Part shown: one piece after another, positions 38,507 to 53,881 of the stretch
Position numbering within the stretch: the stretch's first letter is position 1
Layout of the letters: the number at the start of each line of letters is the position of its first letter
Program-made: the position numbers and the translations under genes
Notes under the pieces: generated by a model
Told to the model about the DNA's origin: nothing
The model's input: only the letters and a program-made list of their open reading frames with translations
The model's database searches: none
DNA from: Octopus sinensis
Taxonomy: Eukaryota
Assembly: GCF_006345805.1 (NCBI RefSeq)
Contig: NC_043012.1
Coordinates: 58,032,001-58,096,000, forward strand
Length of the DNA: 64,000 bases
Direction: 5' to 3'

Positions 38507-39915
38507 ATCTATCTATCTATCTATCTATCTATCTGTATCTCTCTCTCTCTCTCTCTCTCTCTCTTTACACACACACACACACATACATTCATTCCTTATT
38601 CTTTTCCTTGTTTTAATCATTGGACAGCAACCATGCATTGAAACGTTTGCCATGACAGCAGCCATGCATTGAAGACGGAAGCAATACTTTGAAATGTTTC
38701 GTCAAAGTAAGTGACCTATACCCATTTTCTAAACAGGGTTGCTCTTATTCTATTTAATTTCTATTTTACGGGGTCATAAACAAACCAGCACCGGTTGTCA
38801 AGTGCTGTTGGTACAAGCACACATCACACAGATATATTCATATACACATACGCACACATAGACACACACACACACACTTACATATTAACCTTTACAAGGA
38901 AAAATGTGGCAGTGACTTCGAAGTCTGAGGTTGCTCACCTTTAGCAGACTATAATTTACTACGGTTCTTTCTAGCCTTGTATTATCTTTACATAGTCTTT
39001 GGCGACTCATCTTAAGTGTTGGACGTATTTCAATGATAAGTAGGTGATAGACAAGATACTTATGCAGGAACGGTGAGATCTGTGAGGGCTAGGAGGACAA
39101 GATGTGTGTGAAGGGAGTGAATTGGTAGAAAGCTATTGTGAAGAGATTTATTTTGGTTAGTTATAGGACTTGTGTTACCGTTTATGTATGAGTCAGTCGT
39201 GGAAGTATAGGAGTAACAGATTCGTCACATTGAGGTCACGATATTCTTTTAATATAAGTTCGTATATTGAAGTATTTTTAAAGTTTACCTCAAAAGTAAT
39301 CCATATATAGATATAATTCATTGTATTTTACTGAAGATGTGTTTCCCTTTCGAGCCCCACTGCCTTGTCCTCATCGATTTGGCGATTTCACTCTGATCGA
39401 TATTTCGTCAAGTACAAAATCAATTAATGGGAGTACACCAATATAATGCAGTCACATTGCCTGCGCTAATTTGATCAACTATCAGAGACGTAGCAAGGTT
39501 GACGTAACCGAGATGTTGGAAACTGCACGTTGAGGTGAATGGAAATAATGTGGAAATGTAAGACACTAAATACATGCATTAAGACTGGCACCGTGTTGTA
39601 TTTCTAGGTCTCTTAACATTACATCGTATATCAGTCTGTCGGCAAAAGAGACAGAATAGTCAACGAGAGAGTCTTCCAAATAGGGGCTCCCATAAGCTTT
39701 CGTCTTATTTCATCACTGAAAACAATTTGAAAGTATGTTTAGCACACCCTGTACAGGTTGTTATTATGGGTAGAAGTAAAAATAAGGAAACAACCCACAA
39801 GGAAAATTTAGAATAATATTTTTGAACATTATTATTTTAAGTTCAAATCATAACAACAATGTAAGTAGCACATGATGTAAATATATATTTATGTTTGAAC
39901 TAATGATGAAAAGAT

Positions 39916-40375
39916 GGGCACAGGAGTGGCTGTGTGGTAAGACTGAACCCGGAACCATATGGTTGGTAAGCAAGCTACTTTTATTCATTTCATTTGCAAT
40001 AAAGGCAGTGCAAAGATGAGTGGTAAGTAGCTTGCTTACCAACAACATGGTTCCGGATTCAGTCCCACTGCGTGGCACCTTGGCCAAGTGTCTTCTACTA
40101 TAGCCTTGGGAAACTGAAAGAAGACCGTCGTATATATGTATATATATGCGTGTGTGTGTTTGTGTGTCTGTGTTTGTCTCCCCTAACATCACTCGACAGC
40201 CGATGCTGGTGTGTTTACGTCCTCGTCACTTAGCGGTTCGGCAAAAACACCGATAGAATAAGTACCAGGCTTACAAAGAATAAGTCCTGTGGTCGAATTG
40301 CTCGACTAAAGGTGGTGCTCCATCATGGCCACAGTCAAAAGACTGAAACAAGTAAAAGAGAAAAGAGTAAAGTGA
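39916..40375 (+). mobile_element. SINE family A with a rearranged (inverted-duplicated) head
   Basis: 39942-39980 is the reverse complement of 40025-40063 (36/39). Confidence 0.85.
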
Positions 40376-41494
40376 TAGCAGAAATGAACGGAGTCTTTTG
40401 AATTCGACTACTCCATCAGTAACGTAGTAATTTAGACGTATGCAACCCAGTAAGAAAACGATAACAAAAACGAAGAATAAAATTAGTATTGGAGTTTTTA
40501 TTTCTTTTATAAGATTCTTAACGTGAAATCTTGTGTTAAAAGTGTCATATTTTTGAAAGAAATACACGCGCTGGTTATCTTTCACTTGAGTTATATTATC
40601 AGTCGTTTGGGTAATTAACCTATTGATCAATTGTTTATTTTCTTAGTCTGCCAAAGTCGTTTTGTCACAATCCGCGAACTTATCAAGGATTCTGTGTCAC
40701 CCAGTACTTGCCACAAAATAGCCCTACATCAATTGTTTTTTCTCAACATCAGATTTTTTAACATTTTATTTAAAAACAGAAATTGATGTACAGTTTCAAG
40801 TCAGGTTATTGAAGAGATGAACTTTTCTCTCCATAGAAACCTTTGTCGCCGTTTCGAACAAAAAACCAAAAAAACCTGTAAGCACTAATTTGTAAAAATA
40901 TAGCACCTTCACGTAAATCACCGTGCCAAAGAAGGAAAGAGATATATTTGAAAATATAGCCCAATATAAACTATTTCAATAGACATGAAGGCGTGTTGGT
41001 CACGGTTGGAGCTCATTTCATTTATATCAGAGTAAACAAGAAAAACAAAGAACAACGGCAGAATGAAAGAAAGAAGGAAGGTAAGACGGTGAGAGGTAGG
41101 GTGAGGCGAGACGAGACGAGACGAGACGAAACTTTAGCCAAGTGATAGCTCTAACAATAGTTGAAATTATGCTCGTTCTATTGTTGTAATTGTATACACG
41201 CTCCTTCTGTCTCTTTCTTTATCTTTGTCTCTCTGTCCTTCCCTCTCTCTATCTGTCGCTTTGTTTTCTCTCTCTCTCTCTCTCGCTCTCTCGCTCTCGT
41301 TCTCTCTCTCTCTCTCTCTCTGTCCCTCACAACTCGCTTGGGATTTTAGCCAGAATAGTTCTTCAGCAACACTAAATATGTCTACATACTTACATAACAA
41401 ATTTACTTTGTCTATTCACAAACATTCATTCACAGATGCTATGTACAAGCGTGTCTACTGGAGAATTGCATATACACACATATATATATTCATG

Positions 41495-41541
<47 letters not shown>

Positions 41542-41618
41542 TATATTATATACATATATATATATGTATGTATGTATATATATATATATATAATATATAC
41601 ATATGTATGCATGTGTGA

Positions 41619-41689
<71 letters not shown>

Positions 41690-41747
41690 ATATATATATA
41701 TTATATATATATATATATATACTATATATATAATATATCTATATCTA

Positions 41748-41781
<34 letters not shown>

Positions 41782-42668
41782 TGTATATAGATATATCGCA
41801 TATGTGTCTGTTTGTAGTGAGAAACAAAAAGCGGGAAGCAGAAGGAACAGAAATGCATAATTAAACAAACTTTTACACACGCGCACACACACACACATAC
41901 AAAACGCGCCCATATAGACGTCTTACCGCATACACATACACGAATACATACACGAATACATACAGGAATACATACATGCCTGCACACCGATGTCGACAGT
42001 GAAAGCGAGCTTAGCGCGCGAGCGCGCGGGTGTGTACTTGTGTGTGCGTGAGCGCGTTTTTATGTTTGGCAGACTACTGAGAAACAGTCTATCCTATTTG
42101 AATATTCAATCACTATTTCAAGCCAATTTAAAGAAATTAATACCTGGCAATTTTCTTCTACTTTGGAAGCATTAAAACAGATAAGGTAGGATTTCATATT
42201 ATTTATTCTCCATTGGTATTAGTTAAGAAGTTGTTATTAGGAGAAACTTTGTAATTTGATATCCAAACAAAAAATGTGGCGTTTATTTTTTTTCTAATTA
42301 ATGCCTTGGTAGATTTTGCAATTTATTTATAAAAATAAAGGCAAATAAAATAGCCGATAAGAGCCGTTTTTCTTGAATTTGTCTCGGTTTTCTATGATTT
42401 TATTTTCAGCTTTCGGTTTTGTTCAGGTTTCTTTACCAAATTTCATAGACCCATAAACAGCATACTGCAGTTTCAAGCCGGCAGTAGCAAAAATACCAAC
42501 CTTTACTTTTTTTTCTATTCAGGCAACTTCAATTATTATTAATGTAACTCGCCTTATCTCGAATCTCTTCACCATGGAAGTTCACAGTAACACGAATGGA
42601 CTGAGATTAAATGTACAATATTGGATATATATATATATTATATATATATATATACATATAATAATAAA

Positions 42669-42711
<43 letters not shown>

Positions 42712-43065
42712 ATATATATATATACATAATAATATATATATATATATTATATTACATCTCAATATATATATATATATATATATAATATATATATATATAT
42801 TATACACAGATATATATATATATTAATATAACATATATATATATATATATTATATATTATCAATACATATATATAATAGATATATATATAGATATAATAT
42901 ATATATATATACGTATTTATATTTATATAAATATGTACATCATAAGCCCGTTCTATTACCACATATAAAGTTGCTATTAATTTACAAATTTTACATAAGC
43001 ATATACTTCCATATTTGCGTGAATGTATGTGTATATGTATATACAAGTATGTATGCATGTAAATA

Positions 43066-43275
43066 TCTCTTTTACTCTTTTACTTGTTTCAGTCATTTGA
43101 CAGTGGTCATGCTGGAGCACCGCCTTTAGTCGAGCACATCGGCCCCAGGACTTATTCTTTGTAAGCCTAGTACTTATTCTATCGGTGTCTTTTGCCGAGC
43201 CGCAAAGGTACAGGGACGTAAACACACCAGCATCGGTTGTCAAGCGATGTTGGGGGGACAAACACAGATACACAA

Positions 43276-43313
<38 letters not shown>

Positions 43314-43422
43314 CCCGAGGCTATAGTAGAAGACACTTGGCCAAGGTGCCACGCAGTGAAACTGAACCCGGAACCATGTAGTTCGTAAGCAAACTACGTA
43401 CCACACAGCCACTCCTACACCT
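43066..43422 (-). mobile_element. Full-length SINE family A
   Basis: 3' module, (CA)n linker and head. Confidence 0.9.
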
Positions 43423-43434
43423 ATATATATATAT

Positions 43435-43471
<37 letters not shown>

Positions 43472-44549
43472 TGTGTGTGTGTGTATGTGTGTATTTATAT
43501 ATATATATGTGTGTGTACGGAGTGGCTTGAGACGTTTTAGGAGAGGCGCTTATGCCTGTCCTAGATTAGTGTAATGTTAGCATATCCTTCGTTTACATCT
43601 AATAAGTTGATCTACCTACGTTTTATTGCAGATTGAAGGTAATGGCTGGAACAGCACTTTCAGCAGACCCTACTAAACGCTGTCAAAGTGAATTGATTTG
43701 CAGAAAGCAGTCGGGCCATGGTGAGAATTTGAAAGACCGCAACTATGTGTGAAAAGGGAAAATCAGGCAAGGTTTAAACTAAACCTCATGCTCAGTGAAG
43801 TTGACAATAGCAGAGACGAAACTGTATTTCTGAAACACGGTGTTTTCGGAGACGTGTGTGTACTTGCAAACAATTCGACAATAGGAAAGATGTACGAATT
43901 CTCGTATCAGCAAAATTTCTGCTGCTCTGCAAATATTTCTGCTAAAGAGGGATGGATGGACAATAGAGAGATAGAGAGAGAGGGGGGAAGAGGAGGAGGA
44001 GAGGGGAAGAGGGTGAGGGAAAGAGAGAGAGAGAGAGAGAGAGAGTGAGATAGAATGACAGGCAGATAGAGAAAGGGAAAGAGATAAAGAGACCCGATGA
44101 GAATAATTGTGTGTTTGTGTGTGTGATTGATGTGTGTGAAAATGCACGCTCGCGCACACACACATGCATACATATACACATTTATACATAGAAACACACA
44201 TATATACGCACATACATATTTATGTGCGTATGTATGTATCTCTGCGTGTGTGTGTGTGTATACGCTACACACATACATATATGTATATACGAATATTATG
44301 TATGTAGATAAATTAAATATGTATATAGTTATACATATATGTGTGTGTGTGTGTACATGTATATATATGTACGTGTATATACATGGTTATAAACTTGTAT
44401 ATGAATCTATGTATGTATTTATATATGTATATATATATATATATATATATAATTATAATGTATATATATATGTATATATATATATGTTATAATGTATATA
44501 TATGTGTATATATATGTATATATGTATAAATATATATATACATATATAT

Positions 44550-44608
<59 letters not shown>

Positions 44609-44971
44609 GGAGTGTACACGTATTTGTTCGCCTGTGTCTGTCTGAGTGCTTGCGTGGGTACGTGTTTGGATTGTGTGTTTGTGTGTAAACGTATCCACAC
44701 TTGTGTATGTGTCCATGATTGTCGCATTTCGGAATGAATTCTCGAAAAAAAAAAAACGACAGAAAATGACTGCTGGCCTTCAAATTATTTCACCAATCCT
44801 CTGAGATTTCAAAAGATAAAACTTCTGACTTAGTTTGCTCTCAAGATAGCCCAGTTGACGTGTTGCTTCCAGCTTAACAGATTAAGAATGGAGCAAAACA
44901 TATTCAGCTTTTTCGACTTGTTCAAAATGTTGCACATATGAAATCTGTATTGATTTTATACGTATGAGATT

Positions 44972-45019
<48 letters not shown>

Positions 45020-45152
45020 ATATATATAAATAAATAAATATATATATTGTATGCATATGATATATGATATAATATGACGTATCATGGTATTCCTACGTAC
45101 ATACATACGTACATACACACACATATATATACACATATTTACATAGATACGC

Positions 45153-45187
<35 letters not shown>

Positions 45188-45253
45188 ATATATATATTCA
45201 TACACACAGACATACACACACTTGCGCATATATTTGCATCAACATATATATAC

Positions 45254-45332
<79 letters not shown>

Positions 45333-45939
45333 TATGAATGTATATATATGCTTGTACGTAAATTCATTCACATATACATATGTGTGTGTGTGTGTGTGTA
45401 GGGTACATGAATGAACACATGCAGAAACACATACATACATACATACGTATGTACATAGATACATTGATGCATACATAGATACCTATATCCATGCATACAT
45501 TCATCATAGTTTTATTTAAATCATACTGAAAACATTTTTCTATAAAGTATTTTAGCGGTGTTGATAAAAGTTTGCGAATTCAGCGATTATATAATGAAAT
45601 ACAGTGATCACCAGAAGCACATTTCACAATCAATACTTGTCATACGTTAAAATACGAAACTTTATATATGAGACCTTTTCTGGGGAAATATATGCTGGTA
45701 GCAAATGAAATCCTCCATTCAAATCACTCCCGTGTTACGAAGTTTTGTTATACTGCTTAATAAATTAAGTTTACTACAGGTATTCTACGGTTAGTTTTGA
45801 GCTCAAAATCTACACACGGCACAAGCAGTGCGAGTCATGTATTACAACACTCTAATGGTTCCACCATTTCGACGCTCCTAGAGTGTTATCATTTTGAGGG
45901 TACCCTGGAAGTATAGAAGAAGAGGAAGAAGAAGAGAAG

Positions 45940-46260
45940 ACGGAGCACTCCGTCGGTTACGACGACGAGGGTACCAGCTGATACGATCAACAGAACAGCT
46001 TGCTCGTGAAATTAACGTGCAAATACCTGAGCATTCCACAGACACGTGTACTCTTAACGTAGTTCGCAAGGATATCCAGCGTGACACAGATTGTGACAAA
46101 GCTGGCCCTTTGACATACAGGTACTACTCATTTTTGTCAGGTGAGTGGACTGGAGCAACGTGAAGTAAAGTGTGTTGCTCAAGAACACAACGCATTGCCG
46201 GGAATTGAACTCACGAACTTACAACCGTGGGCCGAATGCCCTTACCACTAAGCCACGCGC
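45940..46260 (-). mobile_element. SINE with a family-C tail and a different tRNA-like head and body
   Basis: Tail homologous to 985-1145. Head rc GCGTGGCTTAGTGGTAAGGGCATTCGG..GTGAGTTCAATTCCCGGC. Confidence 0.75.
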
Positions 46261-46766
46261 AAGTATGGAAAGCAAGGATGAATATACATACATCATGTAT
46301 ATTCATACATACACAAACAAACGCACGCACTCACGCACACGTACACACACAAACACACATACACACACACATTCATATTATTCTTTTCGTTGTTTCTGGC
46401 ATTCGACTGCTCACATGAGGTGCCAAGTGTTAAACCAAATGATCAAGTCAGTGACCAAGTCATCTGCTTCTCATGATATTGTTATATTTTGCTGAATTGT
46501 AATTTACAGGAATGTATGAAAACCAACTGTTCGTCAAGAGATGAAGAGAAAGCATTAAAAAACAAAGGCACGCTCACATATACGTATATACATAGGGTTT
46601 CCACACAACCTCCGCCTAATGAATTCACTCACAAAAATTGTTCGTCTCATGATCATAATACAAGACTTTTCCCAGTGTACTGCAGAGGGGGATTGAACTC
46701 GAAAACAACGTGTTTACAAATTGGTCTTCTTAACCACTGTGCTGTATATATAACCAGTTTTATATA

Positions 46767-47951
46767 CAGGAGTTGCACAAAATAATGGAAACACCTTAAA
46801 ATTTCAAACAAATTTTATTTTAAAATGGGGTACGACCTTCTTTAGCAGTATTTACAGCTTGAAGTCTATAAGGCCTCATACAAAATTTGAATTGTTTTCC
46901 AAAGGAATTTTTGCCCATTCTTCAGCTAAAACAGTCTCCGGCTCTTGGAGTGATGATATGGTGCAGGATATCGACTCCTTGTTTTTCTAAAATGCACCAT
47001 AAATGTTCAATAATATTGAGGTTTAGAGACTGTGGTAGCCAGATAAGATGTTCAACTTCACTAGAATGTTCCTCGTGGCATTCAGTAACAACTTTAGCTG
47101 TGTGAATTGGTGCATTATTATCCTGAAAGGTTGCATTTCCCTCCGGAAACAGTTCCACAACGATAGGATGAATTTGATCAGATAAAATGCTTAGACTTGA
47201 TTATTAATTCTGCCATGAAGGGAAACCATTGGGCCGGCGGATTTCCAAGATATAGCCCCACCAGATCATCACAGTTCCTCCTTCGTGTTTAACAATTGGA
47301 AGAAGGCAGTCTGCGTCAAATGCTTCTTTTGGCTGTCTCTAGGTACCAATTTTGTAGGTTTTTACTTCACTCTAATAGCTTTGCTACGTTTGTTTTTGAA
47401 AGTAGTGGTTTTCTGATTGCTGCCCACCCCTAAAATCCGGTTTTATGCAGCTCCCGGCGAACAGTTTTCGTGGAAACTGGGTTCTCGAGGTGGTCATTAA
47501 GCTCTGCAGTAATTTTGTGAGCTGTACTTTTGTGATCCTTTCTAACAATTCGCATAAGATTCTGATGATCCCTATCTGAATGTTTTGGGTTTCTTCTGGA
47601 GTTTTGTTTTGATGAGGAGGTTTTTCCCTCTTTCTCAAAGGCTATCATTACTTTCGAGACTACTTCTTGATACACCAAACATTGCGCCTGTTTTCGTTAC
47701 ACTAGCGCCTGCCATACGAGCATCAACAATTCGACCTCTTTGGAAGTCCGATAGATCTGTCATTTTAATGAATTTTAATTACCTTTTTCTGCTGATATCT
47801 GAAAAGAAGCAGCAATTTTAGCAAAACATGTTAAGCAACACTAATAAATCAAAAATCATAAAAATGAAAAATAAACTTTTGACGGTTTTATGGATATTTC
47901 AAAATTATGATTCAAGATGCTAGGCGTTTCCATTATTTTGTCCAACCCCTG
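46767..47951 (-). mobile_element. Tc1-family DNA transposon with DD36E spacing
   Basis: 30-bp TIRs CAGG(A/G)GTTG(C/G)ACAAAATAATGGAAAC(A/G)CCT (27/30), with TA on both sides (46765-66 and 47952-53). Confidence 0.92.
46820..47763 (-). pseudogene. Tc1 transposase pseudogene
   Basis: MTDLSDFQRGRIVDARMAGASVTK..VSTKTVRRELHK..AAIRKPLL..FQDNNAPIHTAKVV..WLPQSLNLNIIEHLW..EEWAKIPLE, with frameshifts, stops and an internal deletion. Confidence 0.9.
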
Positions 47952-48189
47952 TATAAGCCTTAAGTTATCAGCATCTAGCTATCACGCACATAAGTTGTGA
48001 ATACGTATATAATAATTGTACATACATACTATAAATGTCAAAAATGTGTACCTTTAATAGATAAATGCCAACATTATGTATCGATATAATTAAAGTAAAT
48101 TACTATTTTGGAGTTTAAATATTTTTCTTATAACACTTAAATAAGCTTGGATATTCTGTGCGCTGTAAAGTAGTTGTATTATTATATCG

Positions 48190-49110
48190 GCCAAAGGAAT
48201 CGAACTTGCAGAATTGTTAGGGCGCCGAACAAAGATCTGAACGGCCTTTCTTACGAATTTCTACATTCTGAGGTCAAATTTCGCCGTAGTTGGCTTTACC
48301 TTTGATCCTTTCGGGGTCGATAAATTAAGTACCAGGTGACCTCCGATTACGATATAATTAACTTACCTTCCTCGCCACTATATTTGCTGTCCTTGAGCCA
48401 ACATTTGAAAGCACAAAGCGGCGATCTTTCAGAATCTTTACTACGTCGGTGAAAATGCTGAGCGAATCTCTTCCGGTTCTTTACATTCTGATTTCAAATC
48501 CGGTAGAAGTCAACTTTCTCAATTATCCTTTCGAGATCTATAAAATAAAATACCAGTTAAACATTAGGGGCTGAGGTCGATGTAATTGCTAACCTCCTAC
48601 CCCTAAAAGGCGATACTCAACGAGCCATGAGCCACATTTGAAACAACAAATATATCGGTTTCAAAAATTGGCACAAGGCCAGCAAGCTCGAAGAAGGGGT
48701 TAGCTCAATTACAGTGATTTCATTGACAAACTGGTACTTATTTTATCGACCTCGAAAGGACGAAGGAAAAAGTCGACCTTGGCGGAATTTGAACTCAGAA
48801 CGTAAAGACGGACGAAGTGCTGCTAAGCATTTTTTCCGGCGAGCTAACTGTTCTTTCTACTCACTGTCTTAAGAAACAATAAATATATGGACAAGGCGGT
48901 GAGCTGGCAGAAACGCTAGCACGCTGGGCGAAATGCTTAGCGGTATTTCATCTGTCTTTACGTTCTGAGTTCAAATTCTGCCGAGGTCGACTTAGCCTTT
49001 TATCCTTTCGGAGTCGATAAATTAAGTACCAGTTGCGTACTGGGGTCGATGTAATCGACTTGCCCCACTCCCCTAAATTTCAGGCCTTGTGTCTAGAGTA
49101 GAAAAGTAGA
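48190..49110. mobile_element. Cluster of 4 SINE family B copies in mixed orientation
   Basis: Family-B core motifs at ~48270, 48490, 48760 (minus) and 48970. Confidence 0.8.
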
Positions 49111-50535
49111 AATATATCGACGGATTTATAGTCACAGATTCTCTGTGTTACTAAGGAAATTGCATGGCATCTACATAATTTCAGTTTCGATATTACGGAA
49201 TAACAACATGGGGAATGTTTTACTCTCTGGTTTTCAGGCAACTAAAGTCCTTGAGAGCTGAATTCAGCGAGTAAAATCTTTAGAAATCTATCCTGTTATG
49301 CAGTTGTTACACGTAATCCATCTTTGAGTTTAACACCTTCAGCTGACCATTGACTTTGATATATTCCACGATATGGTGTGATTTAAGAATTCCTCGTAGG
49401 TCCGATGCAGTTTCATTAATCTCACATAGCCATTCCTGGAAAGATATCCTTAGATTAAACCAAATTACATTTAAAAGAAAAAAATCGAGCCTTTCGTTTT
49501 CCTTGTGCTGTGAAAACATTCCTATTTGACAATTGCATTTTGATCGTTCTGACTAGTCAGATTATATATTCGTTGAGCTTTCTTGTATATCTTTCCTATA
49601 ATGTCCATTATTCTACAAAATACAGCTAACATTAGAGCTGAAATTTGTTTTTCATGCTCTGTTGCGTTCCATACACTACGCCTCATTATTATTATTATTC
49701 CCAAACGTGTTGAAAGTCTTTCAAATGCTTCAGCTTTCTTCTTTTCCTTCCATCTCTTCATCTAGTCGAATATTATCATTAAATATATTACCAAAGAAAA
49801 GGATAATGCAAAATATTGGTTTACTTTATCGCAGCCGTAGCCAGAGATCCCGATACCTTCAGTAATTTTCTTTTTATTTTTCAGAAAGCGAATGCAATTC
49901 GTCTTGATGCAGATTGTTCAGCCAATACTCCGTTGCCTGCATCTGCAACAAATGCATTCATTTACTCATGCATGATCTGTGAGAACACTAGAATTTTTGC
50001 TTAATCACCAAGCAGAGTTGCTGCTGTTTTATGGATCCCGGTCGACACTGATCGGCTAGGCGTGAGATCTAAGACCTTCCATCCGTGACATACTCACACG
50101 TTTTTTTCTCTAAACATGTGTCTAGTCGTATGTATGGGATATGAAATGTTTTGGCACAGCTTTTCTGGCGCCTTCTATTTGGCGTTGCTTCTTCGACGCT
50201 GGCTTGTTTGCTGTCAAACGGTAAAATATTGTCTCTCTCTCTCTTCCTCTCTCTTTCCCTCTCTCTGCTCGCTCTCTTTCTCTCTTTCTTTCTCTCTCTT
50301 TTAGTTTATGAATGTAAACATTTTCTTATTATGTGTATTAGGAGAAGAAACGTGTTTCTGTCAATCATGCACAATTAGAAAATTATGTTTATCTGTCTCT
50401 CTCTCACTCTCTCTCTTCCACTCATTTTCATTATCTCTATGTGTACATTTCTGTGTTTACATGCGTATGTGTGTATATGTGTATATGTGTATGTATTTGT
50501 GTGTGTGTGTGCTTGTGTGTCTTTATCTGTTTGTG

Positions 50536-50593
<58 letters not shown>

Positions 50594-51849
50594 TCCAGCT
50601 TGTCTCCAACGCCAAAACGTTCCGTCCAAAAAGCAGGTTGAATATCCAGTCAGCCGTAACAAGTATTCAGCGCCCAGGCAGATTCACCCAGTTGTCTCAT
50701 CACGATTTATTTTCCCCACGCAGCCTTCGTTTCCTACAACGAGAAGGTGTAGTTTGACGGATATGTTGATATAGTCAGAACGATCAAAATCGACCACATA
50801 AGGTGGTTTCTCGGTTGAGTACCAAGAGGTTCTAATTAAATTGTGTCGAAAGAGCTTTGTTTGAGATTTGAATGGAGAAGCTTAAACAAGTTCTTCGAAT
50901 ACACAATTCTCAATGTAAAGTGCATCATCTACATTCTGTATCACCGAGTAAAGTCGATGTGCTAGAACGCGCAAGCAAATCAGTCTCAAATCATACTCGG
51001 TTATCGAAAAAGGAATGACGTTTCATAATATTGTCCTGGACACATCGTTTATAGTGGAAAGCGAAACCGGAGTTGTCACGGGTGGAACGAATTTGATTAT
51101 AGACCTGCAATAACAATCCGGGAGCCTTTCTTGTGATATTTCTCTGTTAGCATAGGAAACAGCGTTTAACCCATGAAATCATAAAATAAACTAACACGAT
51201 ATAAATTCTGCATATTGAAAATTGCAAACCATGCATTTTTAGTTCGTAGAGAAGAATTTACAGTTACAGCTAATAGAAGAAATACAGTTGGAATATACAG
51301 AAGCTGAGAAAGGATCAACGGACTGCATCTCTTGAGCATCTATTTAAGAGATGTAAATCTTTCTTTAATCCCAATAAAACTGTTGCAATTAGATTATTTG
51401 CTGGACAGCTAGTTATCAACTTTGCCATCGCTGAGACCCAGTAACACTATTGTTATCTAAAACGAGATCCACAGCTAGTACATTTATTACATTTATCAAT
51501 AAAACCACATCACACTTCTTGTAGCAATAAGACCGATACTGCGACAGCTACCTCAAATATTATTTCTTCATCGACAACCGCCATTGCATTCTCGCCAGCG
51601 ATTATTTCTTGATTTATAACCATTATCACCATTAGAAGGTCTATCAACATCATTGCTGCTATTAATATCATTATCTGTATTTTACCGTTTCCACCGCCGC
51701 CCGCATCATCACCACCACAAAGCCTAGAAGTTACATGTAACAAAAGATCGATACAATTTCTTTTACACTATGTATGTATGTATGTATGTATGTATGTATG
51801 GATGGATGGATGTATTGACATACATGAATGTATAAATATATATTTGAAT

Positions 51850-52500
<651 letters not shown>

Positions 52501-53121
52501 ATAAATAGACAGATGTTTGTATATATATATATATATATATATCACTCTTTTACTTGTTGGTTCCAGCTTTTGGAGTATTCACCCTTTCTGCAGAGTAAGT
52601 AGCACCTTGAAGAGTTCTATCAATGTTTGACACTCCAAATCTTTCGGGACCCTCGCAGCATAGCTTTATGAAAAGAAACTAATTTACCAATAAATCGACT
52701 TAACACTGTTTGATATGCTTGCAACAATAAACTGTTTCTTAATAGCAAACTTGACATTATAATTCATATTACAAGCGGTGTCTGGGTGTCGATCGTAAAC
52801 CACCTTAGGTCTCATACATTCTCAACTGGTTGCATTCTCTTGAAACTTTCCCTAGTATCCAGCAGTCCTTTGTCATCGATTTTCCAAGATCCTTTTCTGT
52901 CTTAAATGAATCCCTTTAATTCCAGCATATCAAAAGAAAAAACAAACAAAAACTCATTGAATTCTTTGCTTTGCTTTCTGCTTTCCTTCTTTGAATCTGT
53001 TGTAACTTGTGATTCTGTCTACCGTGTTATCTTTCTTTCTTGTTTTCTATTACACTATTCTCTCTCCCTCTCCCCTCCCTCCATCCCTTCCTCTCTCACA
53101 CACTTCCAACTCATTCACTTA

Positions 53122-53154
<33 letters not shown>

Positions 53155-53215
53155 CCTCCCTCTGTTTCATTGTTATTTATTTCCTTATTGCCCACAGGGG
53201 CTAAACACAAAGGGG

Positions 53216-53282
<67 letters not shown>

Positions 53283-53304
53283 GACAGACAGATGGGTATA
53301 TTGG

Positions 53305-53634
53305 TTAAATAAGCACCAGTGCGTAACTGGTGCTTATTTAATCGACCCCGAAAGGATGAAAGGCAAAGTCGACCTCGGCAGAATTTGAACTCAGAAGGTA
53401 AAGACAGACGAAATACTGCTAAGCATTTCGTTCGGCGTGCTAACGTTTCTTATTTTTTTACTACCGACAAGGGGCTAAACATAGAGATGACAAACAAGGA
53501 CAGACAAACGGATTAAGTCGATTATATCGACCCCAATACGTAACTGGTACTTATTTAATTGACCCCGAATGGATGAATGGCAAAGTCGACCTCGGTGGAA
53601 TTTGAACTCAGAACATAGCGGTAAACGAAATACG
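53305..53634 (-). mobile_element. 3' part of the SINE-B host of the LINE, plus a second nested SINE-B segment
   Basis: SINE body resumes at CGTATTTCGT after the LINE tail. Its tail ends at ~53451 and joins AGAAACGTTAGCACG. Confidence 0.85.
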
Positions 53635-53881
53635 AATTTCTTTATTGCCCACCGGGGGCCAAACATAGATATGGACAGTACAACTGATGGGATCAGTGAA
53701 TCGATATGATTTTACATAAATGTGACATCAAAAATAAAATACAATACATAAAAATCGAATGGAATACACAGTACAAAAACAATACAAATGAAGCGATGAT
53801 CAAGTTACGCTCCGATCCCACAAGCCCCGATCTACCGCTGATACCTTTTTATTTTTCCTTTTTTTTTTTTTCCTCGTCTAT

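Noticed and set aside
41995-42060. GCGCGCGAGCGCGCG CpG-rich patch (Z-DNA or regulatory)
   Set aside because: Probably a mutated (CA/TG)n-(CG)n microsatellite edge; too short to support a function.
49500-49990. Short ORFs and a strong acceptor (TTTTTCAG at 49884)
   Set aside because: No recognisable protein, and only a weak downstream donor.
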